Shown piece after piece: positions 49,311-64,000 of a stretch of 64,000 bases of DNA. A program made the translations under genes and the position numbers. Source of the DNA: Phoronis australis (lineage: Eukaryota; Animalia; Phoronida); contig NMRA01000238.1 of the NCBI GenBank assembly GCA_002633005.1, positions 124,001 to 188,000 of the forward strand. The letters run 5' to 3'. The notes beneath the pieces are model-generated. The model saw only the letters and a program-made list of their open reading frames with translations. It was not told where the DNA came from and did no database searches. The stretch's first letter is position 1. The number at the start of each line of letters is the position of its first letter.

Positions 49311-51239
49311 GCACAGAATATAGACCATGACGGAGTCGAGTGACCGTTGCCTCAAGAATCGAAACTGCTTGTTTATATTGGACAGATGATCACCAAGCAG
49401 GCGGTTCAAACACTAAACAATCGCGGTGTAACAAATGTCCGCCAGTCGCCAAATGGTAAAGAAATTAGAGGAGACCATTCACAGTTTTATTCGCTATGAG
49501 AACACGAGTTTTTCTGGATTGGTTGCAAATAAAGTATATTGCTCAATACTATCGATGACACTTCTCAATCACTGTTGGCATGCTAGAACAATATCTTGAA
49601 TTATCCATTTTTACTGTGAGTGCATTTTTTATGAAAACATTTATTATTTGTTCACCCGCTATCACCAAGACGGTTTCTCTTTTAGTTAGCATTCCAAACG
49701 GTGTGATGAACAATAGTAAAGATAGTAGGATCTAGACAACGCACTAGAAAAACAACAGTGGGTGAACTCAAACTACAGTGTACGGAGAATGACGTCATCA
49801 CCGCGGAAATGAGTGCAAAGAATTAGACGGTGAATACAAACCGAGCCATGTTTACGAACCTTCCTGAACACTGCAGGTGCTGTGGTGATATTAATTTTCT
49901 TTCTATCATGGAAGGTTGAAGAGCGAAAATTCCAAGTTGCAAGAATAGATTTTACCAATAGGGTGAAGCTTTTCAATTTAATTACTGTCGCACTCTCGGT
50001 GGTAACGCTATCTATCGGAACCTGACAAGAAAATGGAATTCCTTTTGACGTTGCGTATCTACTGTCTGTCACAGCGCCACCTATATGGCAATGGTACCTT
50101 TCGCAGCACTTGGAAAGAATGCAAACGAGAGTCAGCGTTGTAGGCATTAGGACTATCGCATTGTGACCTATACTCAGTAACAAACGTTCAAGAATTAAAA
50201 CTTGATATGAAGCGGAGCATCTAAGTCTACGCCAAAATGTCCACGGGAACACCCAAGAACATCCCGACAGCGTTTTTTTTTCTTCTGTACTCGAACAGGT
50301 AATTACTGGTGCCACGACACTCAAAAACGCCCTGACAGCGTTTCTTAAGTCAGGGTGGAATTCACAATAAACAATTATTTATATCGGTTCGTAAGTCCGT
50401 GTGTTAAAAAGCAGGATACTTTGATGGCATGGGGGACGGCTATACAAACCATTAAAAAGTGAGAAGGTCCAGCAATTGGCAAGTATGCATGTACTGTCAC
50501 ACTTGGCATGTATTGCCTCCCGAGCGGCAATGCCGAATGCGACACTATATGCCGTCAACAGCGACACACATCGTCGAGTTCCACAATATCTGCAGTGAAT
50601 ATCGGCACACATTGGAAGTACATTGGTGGATCAAGGGTCATAGGCAGGTCCAGGAAATTACAAGACATTATATTATATGTCGTGAACGCCGACACTTCTA
50701 TTGTCACCCAAGAGACAATTATGTGTCGAACCCGGCACGCACTATTTGTCACGTGGGGCATGTTATTATGGCGGGCATTGTTTAGTGCTTCGCTTGGACG
50801 GTAAATGCTACTTTTCAATCTCTCCCGTCTAACCAGCTATGGGGCAGACATTTCATTATTTTTGGGGGTAAGAGTGTTTCTGTATGATAGTTGGAGATCC
50901 AGAGAACGAATTTAACGAAACATGACGCAGAGGAAGTTTGTGTTTGAATCAGTATTTGTACTGAACGTTATTAACCCGGCAGCATTTAGAATGAAATGAG
51001 ACTGATGCTGCGGCGAATAAACTGATGTTTTCGTGAGTCGCTGGTGGTTTTGATGTTCGTAACGGAAATAGAATTCTAGCACGGAAAGGAATATGATGAG
51101 ACTGATTTTATGAGCGTAAAAGGTCTGCTGCAATTTTTGATTTCAGATAGCTGACGCAAGGCGAAATTTGTTGCCGTCGACAAGCCGTCTTCTTCACCAG
51201 AAAGACTTGATGAACCAAGACGTGACGATAGGTAATTCA

Positions 51240-51830
51240 TTACAGAGTCGTAGCGATTTCCGGCGAACCCTTTCCAGAGTGCATTTTGTTAATGGTCATG
51301 CGGTGTTCAGTGTGAACCGATTATTCGTTTTAAGTTAGATTGACCGTTAGCTCGAATATATAGATCACAAGTTCAGTGACATACCTTGGTTGAGACTTTT
51401 TGGGGGTTTCTGGAGGACAAAATCCAGAGTGTATATTGTCCGTCAGTAGGCCATTTAGTATTTTAGTGGTCAATGGTGTATTGAATCAAATGGAATTGTT
51501 CTTGGCATGCCTGGAATGTATGGGCTAACTCATTTTTGGGATCTTTTTGGGTTTCTGACGGACCATTTCCGGAGTGCAAATTTGTCTGCCATGAATCATT
51601 CGGTGTTCAGTGCGGCACGATTGTTCGATTTGAATTAGTTCTTACCGTACTTCGAATATCAAATCTACATTAAATTTTCAATGTCATTCTGTTTTTGATG
51701 TTTGTGGTGTTTCTGACTGGCACAACTAGAGTGTTTTTGCTTGTCAAAGGCAAATTAGTAATCAGTGGCATATATTGAATCATACGACATTGTTTTTTTG
51801 TGGTTTTTCAATGTACGAGCTAGCTAATTT
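51240..51830. repeat. Degenerate ~150-bp tandem repeat with ~295-bp dimer periodicity
   Basis: gtttctg...agagtg recurs at ~51405, ~51550 and ~51708; cggtgttcagtg recurs at 51301 and 51601. Confidence 0.6.
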
Positions 51831-52469
51831 TCAAGGGGTGGAGGGGTGGGGGGCAATGGCAGACATCCATTTCTATGCATACTGAGGTGGGGGTGGGCTT
51901 TAAGTTCTCCGGGGGTCATATGTTGGACTGCCGGTCTAAAATCTAAACTGATATTGTTTATGCTACCGAAATTTGATTATCCTTATACGAGTTGTCTGCA
52001 ATGTAATAAACGGTTTTCCTCTTTGTTTCACTCCAATATTACAGGATTTTGTTGGCGTAATCTCTTTGTATACCCTGGTGGCTATTTGCACATAGATTTA
52101 TAAAAGAATGTGTATATTATGTACCAGTAAGTGTATTGAATTAGTTTCTAATGAAATGTGAAGCTTATTCGGGTCTCATGTCTGTTTGTTTTCCCATGTA
52201 TGTTTGGAATCATTCTACTCAACATAAATTCATATGCTTGTTTAGTGATCCAAATGAATCAATCATAAATTTAGTGTTGAAGATGCGAGAGACATCGTGA
52301 AGCACTAACAAACCTAACTCTGTAACGTTGTACTTTGGGCCCGTGGTCCTTAGTGCTGAATAAATGATTTGATTTAAAATTGTCGTTTCCTTGTACATGA
52401 AGCTGATAAGCGCCCCCATGCGGACAAATACCGTCTCTTCCTCCTGCTTATGTATAAATACTGTTCGCN

Positions 52470-52802
52470 ACGTAGACAGCTTCTTTGACCCCTCTCCTAA
52501 ACCAATTCTCTTCTCTATCCAGGATCTTCACATCTTCCATGGCGAAAGAGTGGTCTGTGGAAGCCATGTGACTAGGCCTAAAAACTGAAGAATCATAGCA
52601 GTCCCCAATAACTGGACCTCCGATGCTGGTTGAAACGACTTTTCAGGGCTTGTTTGGTTTCCCCAATGTATGCTGCTTCACACCCCGGTTCCGAGCATGA
52701 AATGCCATACACCACATTTGATGTTTTCTCTTTGCTGGTTTTGTCTTTCACATTTACCAATCGACTCCTTATGGTGTTAACAGTTGAAAAGATTGCCATC
52801 AC
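52470..52802 (-). mobile_element. Penelope-like retroelement fragment, GIY-YIG endonuclease (frameshifted; ends at N 52469)
   Basis: NVVYGISC...AYIGETKQALKSRFNQHRR, then after a frameshift HMASTDHSFAMEDVKILDREENWFRRGVKEAVY. Confidence 0.85.
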
Positions 52803-55620
52803 TGTCCGCGTACAAGCGCAAAAAGCTTGCTTTCTATTCTACAGATTTTACCACCATCTTATTAATGTCCTAATTTTTCTTAACAACCGACTATTCGTTG
52901 TTTACAAGTTTAGAAACCAGTAGATACAACACTGACAAGAGACTGTACGAAAAAAAAACATAAATTAATCATTTAGATTTAAAAAAAACTTTTTACTTTC
53001 GCGATGTTATAATTCTATTGTTTGAGACCATTCATGGCGCATGAAATGATCCGCCGAAATGTAAAGGCTGGTCTCAGTCAAGCAATAACGAATTGGGTTT
53101 TCAAGCCTTGAAGTTGCATCTAGTTTGACTAAGGAACAATTTGAGACCAGGTTGGTAACGGCAAATGGTCTAAATCAAAGTTGTGACATAAGGCGGGACT
53201 ATTTTCGTTTCAAGTTCACGTTACGTCTGGCATCAATTTCCCAGATATTAACTTAGAACTTGTCCTTTTCCATGGCTTAAACTGAATTTTCTCTTCGCGT
53301 ATTCATTGATGACTGAAAATAGCGATTGATCCCAACAAACTGGGCTTATAACTAGCCCTTAATAGTGATGATAATGGTATCGATATCCAGTTGGCGGTGG
53401 AAAATGTAATCTGCGATTTATTTGAAACTGTTATATTGGAAGGGCTGGGCAGCGCTATGATTTTCTGAAACTTTCATGATTTTATTCCACAAATACCATA
53501 GACCAAACACTCGTAGCAACGGAAACAAAGTCCGTTGTGATTGTAAGGAAAATTTTAAAAGCCATGTTAGAGAAAAGTGTCCCCGTTTTGAGTTTAGTTT
53601 TCGGAGCTAAACATTAGTAAGTACACTTTCAATTTATCAAATCATAATGGTTTACTTAGTTCCCTCCAAATTAGGAACGTGAGAAAGTTTGCCGTTGGTT
53701 GGAACTTAAAATGGGCCCACAAATTAATTGTATATTCTTGATACACTCTGATACAGACCAATGTTGCTGATCTTGAATTGATAAGTTTCCAGAAGTTTTT
53801 GTCATTCAATTTGCACTATCAATTAAAGGACGACACATCACCAGTGCATTGTGAAATTTAAGAATCTCAAGGTGTGCTAACTGCGGTAACAGGTTGCATG
53901 GAGTGAACCATCTTACCGTCAGAAGGAACACGTCGATCTTTTCCGCCGTTAGCTTTCCAGGAGTCCTTCTGGACATCCGCCTCCTGCATTCCCAGTGGCA
54001 GCTGCATTGTCTTCCGCATACGGACGTGCGTCGTGAGACTTTACGGGCCAGCAGCAGATAAAGACTGCCTTTATAATAAAGGGTTGACATCGTGACCAAA
54101 AGGACTACTACGACGGTACAGCCATTTTCACACACCTGTTGTAATTTCGGTTGACAATGTGAAGTGTTTGTTTTGGCGTAGTTCCCGGGGGGTGGCATTT
54201 CAGTGAACAGCTAGAATAGTTCCATCCTCTATTGAACTCTCCTCTTTTGGGGAGAAAGAAAAATAAATTGCATGACTGACGTGCTTTTCAAAATGTCAGG
54301 TACTCCTGAGTTGATTGACAAGGGAAGCTCATCTAGCACTCATACTTTGGTCCTCTTCCTTATTTCTTGGTGTCGGAATTGCAATTCAAAATGCAGTTGT
54401 GCATGTTTGCCTACATTACAACAGTAGGATATGGAATAGTCACTACATTTGCATGTGCATGACACTTGTGTTGCATGATGGGTAAATACAAATGAGAGTG
54501 GTGGTGGTCTATTCAGGACTGGGGCATATAAGACGCTGCATTTTTTTAAGTGACGATATATTAATATCTATCTATTTAATTGAAGAACGATTTCAACTAT
54601 TCAATCAACGAATAGATGAATTTTGACTAAACATGTTCTCTTGCCGGTTAGAAGGGAGTCATAACCAGGCTCTTACCGGACATTGGAAACTTCAGGTCAA
54701 GCTCATGCTATGTTCAATGGGTGACTAGAAGCTAAAGCGGACACAAACACTCCTGACGCCAAGCATGGCCCGGTCTCGGTCAATAACAACAGTTCTTTGC
54801 GAATCCAGAAATCACTTCTCATCTGGGTAAGAAACAAGTTGAGACCAATTTTAAAGCGGTAATGATCTAAATCAAAACTTCGTTTCCTGCACGTAACTCT
54901 AGTTCAAAGCCCTCTCAGTGAGGTCATTATTTATTGAATAACTCTATTACGGTTTTAAGAAGCATCTGTATTATGTAGAAGTCAATACCAGGGACCCAAA
55001 TTTTGGTACCTAGCGAAGTTTTCAATATCGTATTGCTTATTGGTCAACTTTGATCTGTAGAACTGCTTTTGAAGGAGTGTCCCCCCGGTACTGCTTTTGA
55101 CGGAGTGTCCCCCCGGTAAAGGATTTGCTACACGGATTACACACATTTCTTGTTTACCCAAGTTCTCCTGGAAAATTCTCTCGAGTGCAATAGCTTGCCA
55201 AACAATGTGTGTTTGATGTTGTCCACAGGCTACGCGAGGCGTCGCTGACACGTATTCTGGTCACGCAATACAGCCACTGCTTTGTCTTACGGTATTAAGG
55301 ACACAATCTTGTGCAGTATCACAGGACAAAGGTATGAACTATAATAGCAGCCTTAGGCAAGTATCACATATACCGCCAGAGATTTTCCAAATGCTTGCCA
55401 TGTTTCAATTAACTAAAAATAGAAACATTTGAATATTACATAATTGAGAATATGGTTTCCAAACGCGCTGCCAATTGCAAAGTTTTAATAGTAGGTCATA
55501 TCTTTGGTTTGTAGAAGACTGAAAATGTTACATGGCCCAGGGTGAATGGTGAGACACTGGGAAAGGAGACAATATTAACTTATACTTTGTAGTCATCCAA
55601 GTTCAGTTTTGTTGCTTGTC

Positions 55621-55900
55621 TATGCGCGCACCCAGCCTTTAATATGGTGGGCTCGAATCTCTAACAAAGTGGACCTTTTGCTAACAAAAAAAGCGGGAAG
55701 ACTAAAAAAATAAAAAATAAATAAATAAAAACGGGGTACCATCTTCAGGTCTGTGAACTGTGCGTCTGAGCCTTTTTAGTGAACTTTTGTCTCGTGCTCG
55801 GACTTTTTGTTTCTCTAAGGCGGACCTTTTTACCCACTTCACGAAAAGGGGGGGGGGCTCGAACGAGCCCCCCGAGCCCCCCCCCCCCGGTTGCGTATGT
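55621..55900. mobile_element. Short GC-ended non-autonomous DNA element remnant
   Basis: Starts tatgcgcgcacccag and ends gggggctcgaacgagcccccgagcccccc...gcgtatg. Confidence 0.35.
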
Positions 55901-58900
55901 TGTCTATGTTGTATGTAAGTATGACTAAATAAATGTATAGCTTGTTGTAAGGAACTTTGATTCAGAGGACAGGTGCATTCGTCCAAAAATATTTATAAAT
56001 TAGGCTTAACGTAAAACCTGTCGGCTGGCAAATGCGTTCGCAAAGAATTTGTGCTTGTCGAGCGTGGTCTCAAAAATTATTTTTTGAAACCATGCTTGAC
56101 ACATAAACGACGCGCCGTGACAAGCCAACTTGTCAATCCGAACCTCTGAAATCACCTCTAAATTTGACAAAGGAACAACTTAAAACAAATATCATAACAT
56201 TAATGGCCTAAATCAAGAGTTGAATTTTGTTATGAAAGACGAATTCATACCTGTTCGAAGCTATCTAAACTTCGAATGAGACCCCTTAAGAAAGAGAGGC
56301 AGGACCGTAGGAAGCCGGACGGAGGATGAACGTTATACGCGTAAGGCCGGGGCAAGGGGTATTCAAGAAAAGAAAAATAAATATGTAGCGAGAGAAACTG
56401 CGAGAGTACTGGATATGAGGGCCCTGGCCAGTACATATTTGGCAGTGGTCACCTCTTTTTCGGCATATAAATCCATTAGTCGTGTGCCAACGTTTTTAGC
56501 AATTGGCTCCCTGATGTTTGGACCAAAAGACCAAAAATTTGCACGCCTACAAGGGTTGCAAAATTGGAAACGACCAGAGGTCTGACAGCGACGGGAAGAA
56601 TTCTGAAGTTTGGAACCACTGGAGCAAACGTTTGGCGAAGTTAAAAATTGCTTGTACCCACATATAATGTTACCTTCCTACGGGTCAGTAATGCATGCTA
56701 TTATTTTATGATATTGTTTGGGCATCGAGTTCTTGTGCTGACCATTTTTCTACAAAAACTAATTGACTGGACTTAGTGATGTTTTGTTGTTGTTTTAAGA
56801 TATGTTTCTTCAAAATGAAACCTATTCACTTACACAACTAGTCTCACATAGAGTGCTGATAACAATGAAGATATTAACAATCTAACTAACAAGATGGTGC
56901 AAGAAGAACTAATGTGTAAAATTAAAAGATTACAAGAAATTTTACAGAAATCAGTAAAAGACGGTGGCCCAAAGATGACATTGTGCGATTCTTTTTTCGA
57001 TTATCTCGGGATCTCGAGATAACTAAAAAGAAACGCGCGATATCATCTTTGGCCACCGTACTGTACACTTGAAACTTAACATTTTTTTAATATTACCCAG
57101 GTAGTGGGAGTTCAAAATAATAATATAATTACTTTTTGAGTAAGGAGTGTTTACCAAAGATAGTTTTGGTTTTATGAATATAGATATTGGCACTGTCAAT
57201 ATACCTAGCATTGTTATGAAACTGGTTCATTAAGTTTATTTTGTCACAGCACTTGGCCAGAAACGTCTAAAATAGACGTTCAAATCTGAGCAAAAAGCTC
57301 GATGTGATAAACAGAGACCACTAGTTCTCAAACATAACATGAGAAATGACTATGGCTGGTAGAACTGTCAAAATTAATACAAAACTTCAGTCAAAAACTA
57401 AAGTCTAACTTATGACATCTTTCTTGAAACGCACTTGAGACAAATTTAAGTTTTATCTTGAAATAAGCTGAACTTAAGAATTGTCTTAGTTAAGTCAGTT
57501 TTCTTGAAACGAAGCCCTGGAACTTTGCTGTAGTAGGTCTTTTAACACCAGTTCAATTATGAAAACAGAAGTAAAACACATCGACGTGAGACAAGTATTT
57601 TTGACGGAAAAGCTCCGAACAACTGTTCAGGCAATCCTAGATTATTCCATGAGAATTGACGCACTTTGTTTTCTGAAGTTGCCCAAGATCCATTCTGATA
57701 ATCTTCAAGCAGTCCATGAAAAATATTGTTATTCTCTTTATGTTGGACTTTTCCAACGTGTTTTTATGATTACATATAAGATCTTTGAAAAGCGCATTAT
57801 TCTATTTGTAGGGCCTAAATTAGTGTTTTTTATCTGGTCAAATTTCCCTTCAATGGTGTCAAATTTGTCCAGTTTGGTTGTTACATACAAGCGTTTATTC
57901 ATGATTTATCTTCGCTCTCCGACGATATCAATAAACGTGGGAGAGTTTTACCCGCGAGGCCAGCTTGATCTATGATTAGGACTCACAGTGATGAGCATGA
58001 GGCGGGGGAGTTGTCTAACAGCTCGAGCTTCACTGTGTTAACACTCGTGTTGTGCGGCCTCGCCCACTGGTATCTTTGGGGCCAGAGTTGTATTCTGTGT
58101 CCCACGCATAAGTGACGTAGGCAGTACCAACAAACAGTACCAACAAACGAACACTCAGCATCACAGTCTGGTGAGAGATGGTTATGACGGCCATCGAACT
58201 TGCAGTTCTACGGACTACGGTCCTGAACTAAAACATCCAATTCGCAGTCTTCACAACACCATTGCAATTCTCACTAATACAGGGTGTGCTAACCAAACTA
58301 TTGGACTGCATATCCTGTATGCACCTCAGTTCCATGAAAACGCAACTTCGATTATAGGCACATGGGCCTTAATTCTCCGAGAAAAAATGGGGGTGCATTC
58401 TGTAGACAATATATAATCGATAAAAGAGGTAGTGTGACCACTTGCTTCTATTATTATGTATGGCGTTATCTCGCGAAGACTTCAGTTGCATGATCTCGCC
58501 CTGAAACCACAATTAAGTGATATCAGCGCCAAACCTTTTGATACGCATGCGTACTCTCTTTTCTTGCTCGTCGGTGTCAATTATTTCTCTTTTACGATTG
58601 AATGAGGTCGTCATGGTAACGATTGCCAGTGTGACGTCGTGCCGTAGAAATCAATCGCCGTAGCTGGAGTATATTGAGTGACTACCGCTGAACACAGGTG
58701 AGAAATAGAATGTAGTCATGTACGGGGAACACTTCAATATGAAGAGTTTAGAAGAAACCGTTGAGAGTGTAGCCATGAAATGGTTGATACAGAACCAATG
58801 AGGTAAATATGACGTTATTTGTGAACAAGTTCCGTCTAAGCTGATACATGAAGATGGATAATGTGTATCGTTTTGTTTTACGACATCTTGTTAGCGAGTG

Positions 58901-59859
58901 TCAATATTAATTCTCCTGATAACACGATGTGAGCGTTTACATTCACTGCAGAGACGTGTACCAATGTAACGACTGGTAGAAAATCGAAAAACTATCCTCA
59001 CTGAGTGGCCAAGCGAGCATTTGAGGTCTGTAATTTTAGTAGAGACTCCAGCAATCCATATTGATATTGATATTGATTTTGTTTACAAGTAACTTCAATT
59101 GCAAAATGATACATTCGACAAATTTAAAGAACACTTCATAGCTCAAGTTCATAGATAAAATATTGTCAGTGGTGTATCGATTGCCCTACGGAATAATTAG
59201 AAAGAAAGTAACAAGAACGATTTCCTTCGTTTTCAACAATTACGGCTTTGCAAAAGACGTAACGGTCAAAGAGTGCCTCGTCAATAGCGAACAATATGTA
59301 GATCACGAGGATTAAATTTACCAATTTCAGATATTTTGTGAAATTGTGTCGGTGTTTTTGTCGCAATAAATGAAATGTTTCGTAATTCAAAAGTAGTCAA
59401 CTTATCCAAATTTCCATAGTTTCGTATGTGGTCAACGTTGCTGTTTTTCAATACAGCCTCACATTTTTGGTTATTTGGGCCGCATGTCTTGATGTCGTGC
59501 TTCATATAAACTGTGTTTGTATGCCGTTCTCCAAGAGAGGGTCCCGTATGAAAGAGTAAAACGTGGAAAAGAGTGAAGTAATAATCTCTAGGTGACCCGC
59601 TAAAAGAGACCTTCCTTTAAAATACTGCAAATGAATCTGTCATTGGGCACCGCTTTAAGAAGAAACAAGAAAAAATTCAGTCGTGTTAAGGTTGCCAGTA
59701 GCGGTCTTCAAACATGAAAAAATATGTAATTTCATAAACAAGAAATGAGCAACTGACCATCTCTGCTCCTTTTCGCAAAGTTCCAAAATCTTATCAAGTA
59801 ATGTACATTGACTTCTATTATTCGCAATGGCATAGTTAATGAAATGCCTGCTTTCTCTG

Positions 59860-61000
59860 TATTCCTGAGCGACATGCAAAAGGCCTTTGACAGTAGGAAC
59901 TTTTTGATTCACAAGCTGATTCACTAAATGCATGGGTATTGTAGGTGAATGTTATTTCATTGTAAAAGCTTTCAATGCACACACTGAAGGTTGTGAGCAG
60001 TTGTCAAACGCACAATATTCAGATTGGTTTAGCTTTAATGAAGGCGTTCGACAGCGATTTCATTATCACCTACCATTTTCTCTCTTTAATGATCTCGTGA
60101 CGGAGTTGAATTTATGAAGTAAAGGTATAGATGTAGACGGTTATAAAATGTGTGATATACGCTGATGATAGTGAACGTGTATCCAGAAACGAAACGGATA
60201 TGTAATCCCTGCTAAATGTCATGTACACACGGTTTGAGAGATAAGGTATGGAGAGAGGGGGGGGGTGAGGGGAGGCGAGATAATAAGTTTGTTAGTGAGA
60301 TACCATAAATCACAGTTGGTAGGGCACTTTTGCATTAATTAGCAAATATAAGTGTTTAAGATAATATTGATTTCAATACCCCATCTCCTGGTCTTTCGCA
60401 ACTTCCGCCTCTTCCGTTGTGGAATACCGTTCAGAGCGTGGGGATTTGGTAGATATGCGGAGTCCGAACATATCCGAACCCGAACATTGAGAATTTTTCT
60501 GGGAGTGCATAAGTACGCAGCAAGCGCTGTACTCTATGGGGATACGGGAAGTTTATAAACAGCATGTTGCGCCTGAATGGTAACAGAATTGCTAAACCTG
60601 TATTTTGGTAGGATTATAGACTAGGACGGGAATATTGGTGTGCTTCCGTCAAAATAATTGTGGAAAAAAATTAAATTTATCACGTGCTTTTTGGAACAGG
60701 CTGTGTCATTAAAGACGTTTTACGTTTTAAGGGCTAAAAATGAAGAAAAAAACTTAGATGGAGATTGTTGATACTAAGACAAAGCTTCGCACTAATGCAA
60801 TATTTAAAGCCGACTGCTGTGCAGAAATTTATGTTTTTCTCTCCTCGACTTACAGTTCTGTTCTGCCTTGGCACAGTTAAAAAAGGGTTGTACGCTATTT
60901 TTGGAAACGGAAACGGATAAATTCATTGGGACTCAAGTCAATTAAAAATTGTCGATGATGAAAATCATTTCTTTTTTGTATGTAGTAAATATAGTCGTTT
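59860..61000 (+). mobile_element. Decayed LINE reverse transcriptase fragment
   Basis: YSDWFSFNEGVRQ, LSPTIFSL, YADD (~60158) and WGF...FLGVHK...LYGDTG, interrupted by stops and frameshifts. Confidence 0.75.
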
Positions 61001-64000
61001 AAGCACAGAGTTCCCAAGCGCAGGAAAAATAAACATTTTAAATGTTTATATTTTAAAAAATATTAAGAATATATGCAAAGAGCGGCAGATGACTGTCTGT
61101 GTCTTCTCAAATTTAAAAATCTGAATCAATCTGTTTTCGAAAGTCTACTCAGAAGAACTTTTATCGGACTTTTCTGAAGTATGGATTATATTTAAAAAAA
61201 ATCATATATCCAAGTGCTTTTAGATGATCTAAGCTACCAAAACGCCCCCCCCCCCGAATCATAATGTCCTGGCCATGGCCCACAAAGGTTAATCCAGCAC
61301 TGATAGTTGACAAAAGTTTCTTGAATTTTCTCTGTTGACCACAAATTTCGCTGTATTTCTATTCTTGACTGCCCCCGTCCTATGCCTATGGCGGTTGCCA
61401 CGGTTTACCCTGACACATGTAGTCAATGGGCTCTGAACACGTTATGAACTCTGAAAAAGGTTTCGTGAGTATTTTCACCAGGCAATTTTATTTTGACGTT
61501 TTTCACACCCTATTCATATGTGTATTTTTCAAAGGTAAAAAGTTTCTGGTTGAAGTTACACAAAAATGAATTTGGTGAAAAATGACAAAATGTTGAAATT
61601 GAGTTCGTACACAGTGCGCCACCATTGATCACAAAACATTGTCTCAGGCATTTGAACAGACACATTTAAATAAACGCTGTTGATCAATTAAACAAATTAA
61701 ACGAGCAAAATAGATCAAAATAGCACTTGTCTAAGAATATTTTTAAATTCACACTGCTGCGTTATTGTAGAACGCAGTCCTAGAAATTGCTGGACAGTGC
61801 ATGGGAAACATGGGGTATATTGTTTACAAAAAGTACGATGAATTAGGAATTGTGAAGCGAATAGAAGGAAAAGGCAGGACAAAAGCGACGTGAATTCTGG
61901 ATTAGTTTTCAACAACTCACCCGATATCACAACTGGGACACAATACAGGGCCATAGAAAGGTGGCAATTCAACAAACAAATACAACTTCGTCAAACTCCA
62001 ACCCACTTGTCCGTCAAAAGTTACCTCCTCTGGCCTCCTGCTGCCCTTCTCCACATTGAGGTAAAAAGCCATTTGCAATAAACAATAGCATTTTTTTGAA
62101 GCAATTTCGGTGGAAATCGTGAAAATATAAGTAATATGAAAGACAAAGATGTGATAATCCATGCGCATTGGCATGAGCAAAAGGACAAAAGTTGAATATT
62201 GATCAACATTGATCATTTGGACTACTAATTTGTACCCCTAAAGTGGTCTTTTTGAAAATTGCAATGTTCCAACATTTCAATAGTATATAAAGATGAAATG
62301 ACTTGAATTATTGGCACCTGCATTTTTATGTGTTACAGGAATATGTAGCTGGGGCCACCCAACCCCAGCCATATTCAATAATCAGTAACAATACGATTTC
62401 TGGGTAAATAAATGTTATATCATTTATTCATACAAGTGGTATTGTTCGTGGCAAAATCTCCTTTCTGGTGATAGTTTTGTTCAAAGTTGTCTTGGTAACG
62501 AATTTTGTTCTTAAGTGACTGGGTAATATAAAATGCACACCAGCTAAACGTTAAATCTGGTGCTGTTCCATCAATAGCGTACATGTAGGTCATACCTGTC
62601 ATACCATATGTAGAAGTACCAATAAACAACCATTTCGTTTGGCACATGTGAATATAAGTTACCATTATTTGCTGAAATGTTTGGATTTGTTGCGGAGAAT
62701 ATAGGAGACGGTATGTGTGGGGTTACTTCTCCTTCCAAATGTGTTCTTTCAAGCAGTACTTCGGCTTCTCCAGTTTTTTAATCTTGAATGTTGTAACGCA
62801 ATTGTGGTCACTTAGCTCCCAGGCAGTTAAAGATACATTGTTAGTTGGGCTTCATTCTCGTTAAAATCTGCACAAAATGAATTTTAAAGCAAACCGGCTT
62901 TATTAAAACGTATCCTCAAATGATGTCCTTTTAGCAAGAAATCACTTTTTTAATAAACAGAACTTTTATATTAAAATATACAAATTTTCGAAATTCTAGG
63001 CCACACATTACTATTTAACTATTAAACTGGATCGTAGTTGCTAATAATAAAATTGGTTAAGAACCTGGAAAATGCTTGCAAAAAATGTGTTTTTATTATA
63101 TTTAGAGCAGAGACTGATATTTCGTTGTTGTTTATAAGTCGAGGAATCTCAAATCTAATACATGCTCTTGATGACAATTTGTTGGACGGAAGAATTAAAA
63201 TTTTGGGTTGTATTGTCGGAATAGCAGCTGAGTATTGATTCAGGTATGTAGGAGTTTTAATGTGTCTGGTTGGTTTATATTGGATGGGTTTACTAAAGAA
63301 GTTATTAGTGTAAAAACACTTAGGAAGCTGATTATTGAGGAATTTGTAGTAAAATGGTTATAATATATGGTTCAATAAATTTGGAGTACAGGGCGTGTTG
63401 AATCTTGTCATTTGAGAACGCCCTCAGAAGCGCTTCAACAATATTTTCGTCTTCTTCCCCATCTGTGTAACTTTGCAGGCGTATTTACTTCTCGTTGTTG
63501 AGGTCATAGTTAGATGAGTTAGTCGATATATTGAGGAATATGAAGTATATGCAGAAAATTTGAAGAGCAATTCGAATTAGCTTTTTGCGCTCAAACACAT
63601 CACGTAAAAAATCAAATTACCACACGAAAATACTCACAAATTACTAGACGAATGTACTCACAAAATGTTCTCTCACAGCTCAGGACCCGCTGATTACTGC
63701 AAGCTAATTAAGTTTCCCAGGTTCTAATTAAATATGCGCTGCACGCGACACTTCGGAAGAGACGTTTGTGACCGGAATCCTTCCCCGCCGTCTTTGTTTG
63801 TGCGAAAGTTTGTTTTGAAAAACTTGCATACCATTTACCAAAAATTGCCATTATCATTTGGCTTCGGCGAGTATTTTGGGACAACCTTAGATTGAACAAG
63901 AGCTCCGAGCCTACTACAATGACGCCGCATTATCACGCGTCACGTTGTTATTGTTGAACAATGCACCTGACGTCATGTAACAGTCAAACTTATCCAGCGC

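Noticed and set aside
53806-59505. ORFs 53806-54198, 57559-57975 and 59166-59505 as genes
   Set aside because: No recognisable domain or consistent splice structure. They are probably chance ORFs or old TE debris.
62400-63500. LINE endonuclease remnant (ELSDH on the minus strand near 62810)
   Set aside because: A single short motif is too little to support a call.
1-64000. Novel prokaryote-type system (operon, defence island, phage)
   Set aside because: Spliceosomal introns, low coding density and eukaryotic TEs show this is an animal locus with a single recognisable gene.

Overview
This is eukaryotic (invertebrate, probably spiralian) genomic DNA, not prokaryotic. The minus strand carries the 5' part of a twitchin/projectin (unc-22/bent-like) giant muscle protein gene. 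I could splice 14 coding exons by hand between 37461 and 1251. All junctions are GT-AG and phase-consistent, giving 2668 nt (889 codons): seven N-terminal Ig I-set domains followed by a PEVK-like KK(D/V)EP repeat exon. The gene continues beyond position 1. The reading frame only closes if two 19-nt microexons (35100-35118 and 15655-15673), invisible to the ORF track, are included. Other candidates are a 9-nt cassette microexon (16602-16610), an upstream muscle-type promoter and first exon (~49050-49310), and internal promoters or first exons (~27205-27530, ~9250-9370) that would give N-terminally shortened isoforms. Introns and the upstream region hold decayed transposons (MITEs, Helentron-type repeats with CTCF-like motifs, L2, other LINE and Penelope fragments), minisatellites, a near-perfect 57-bp hairpin, and one probable assembly false duplication. 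I see no CRISPR array, rRNA, intact tRNA or clearly new multi-gene system. The most novel-looking signal is the repeated promoter-Ig-microexon-Ig architecture of the gene's 5' end. All coordinates were read by eye and no searches were run.
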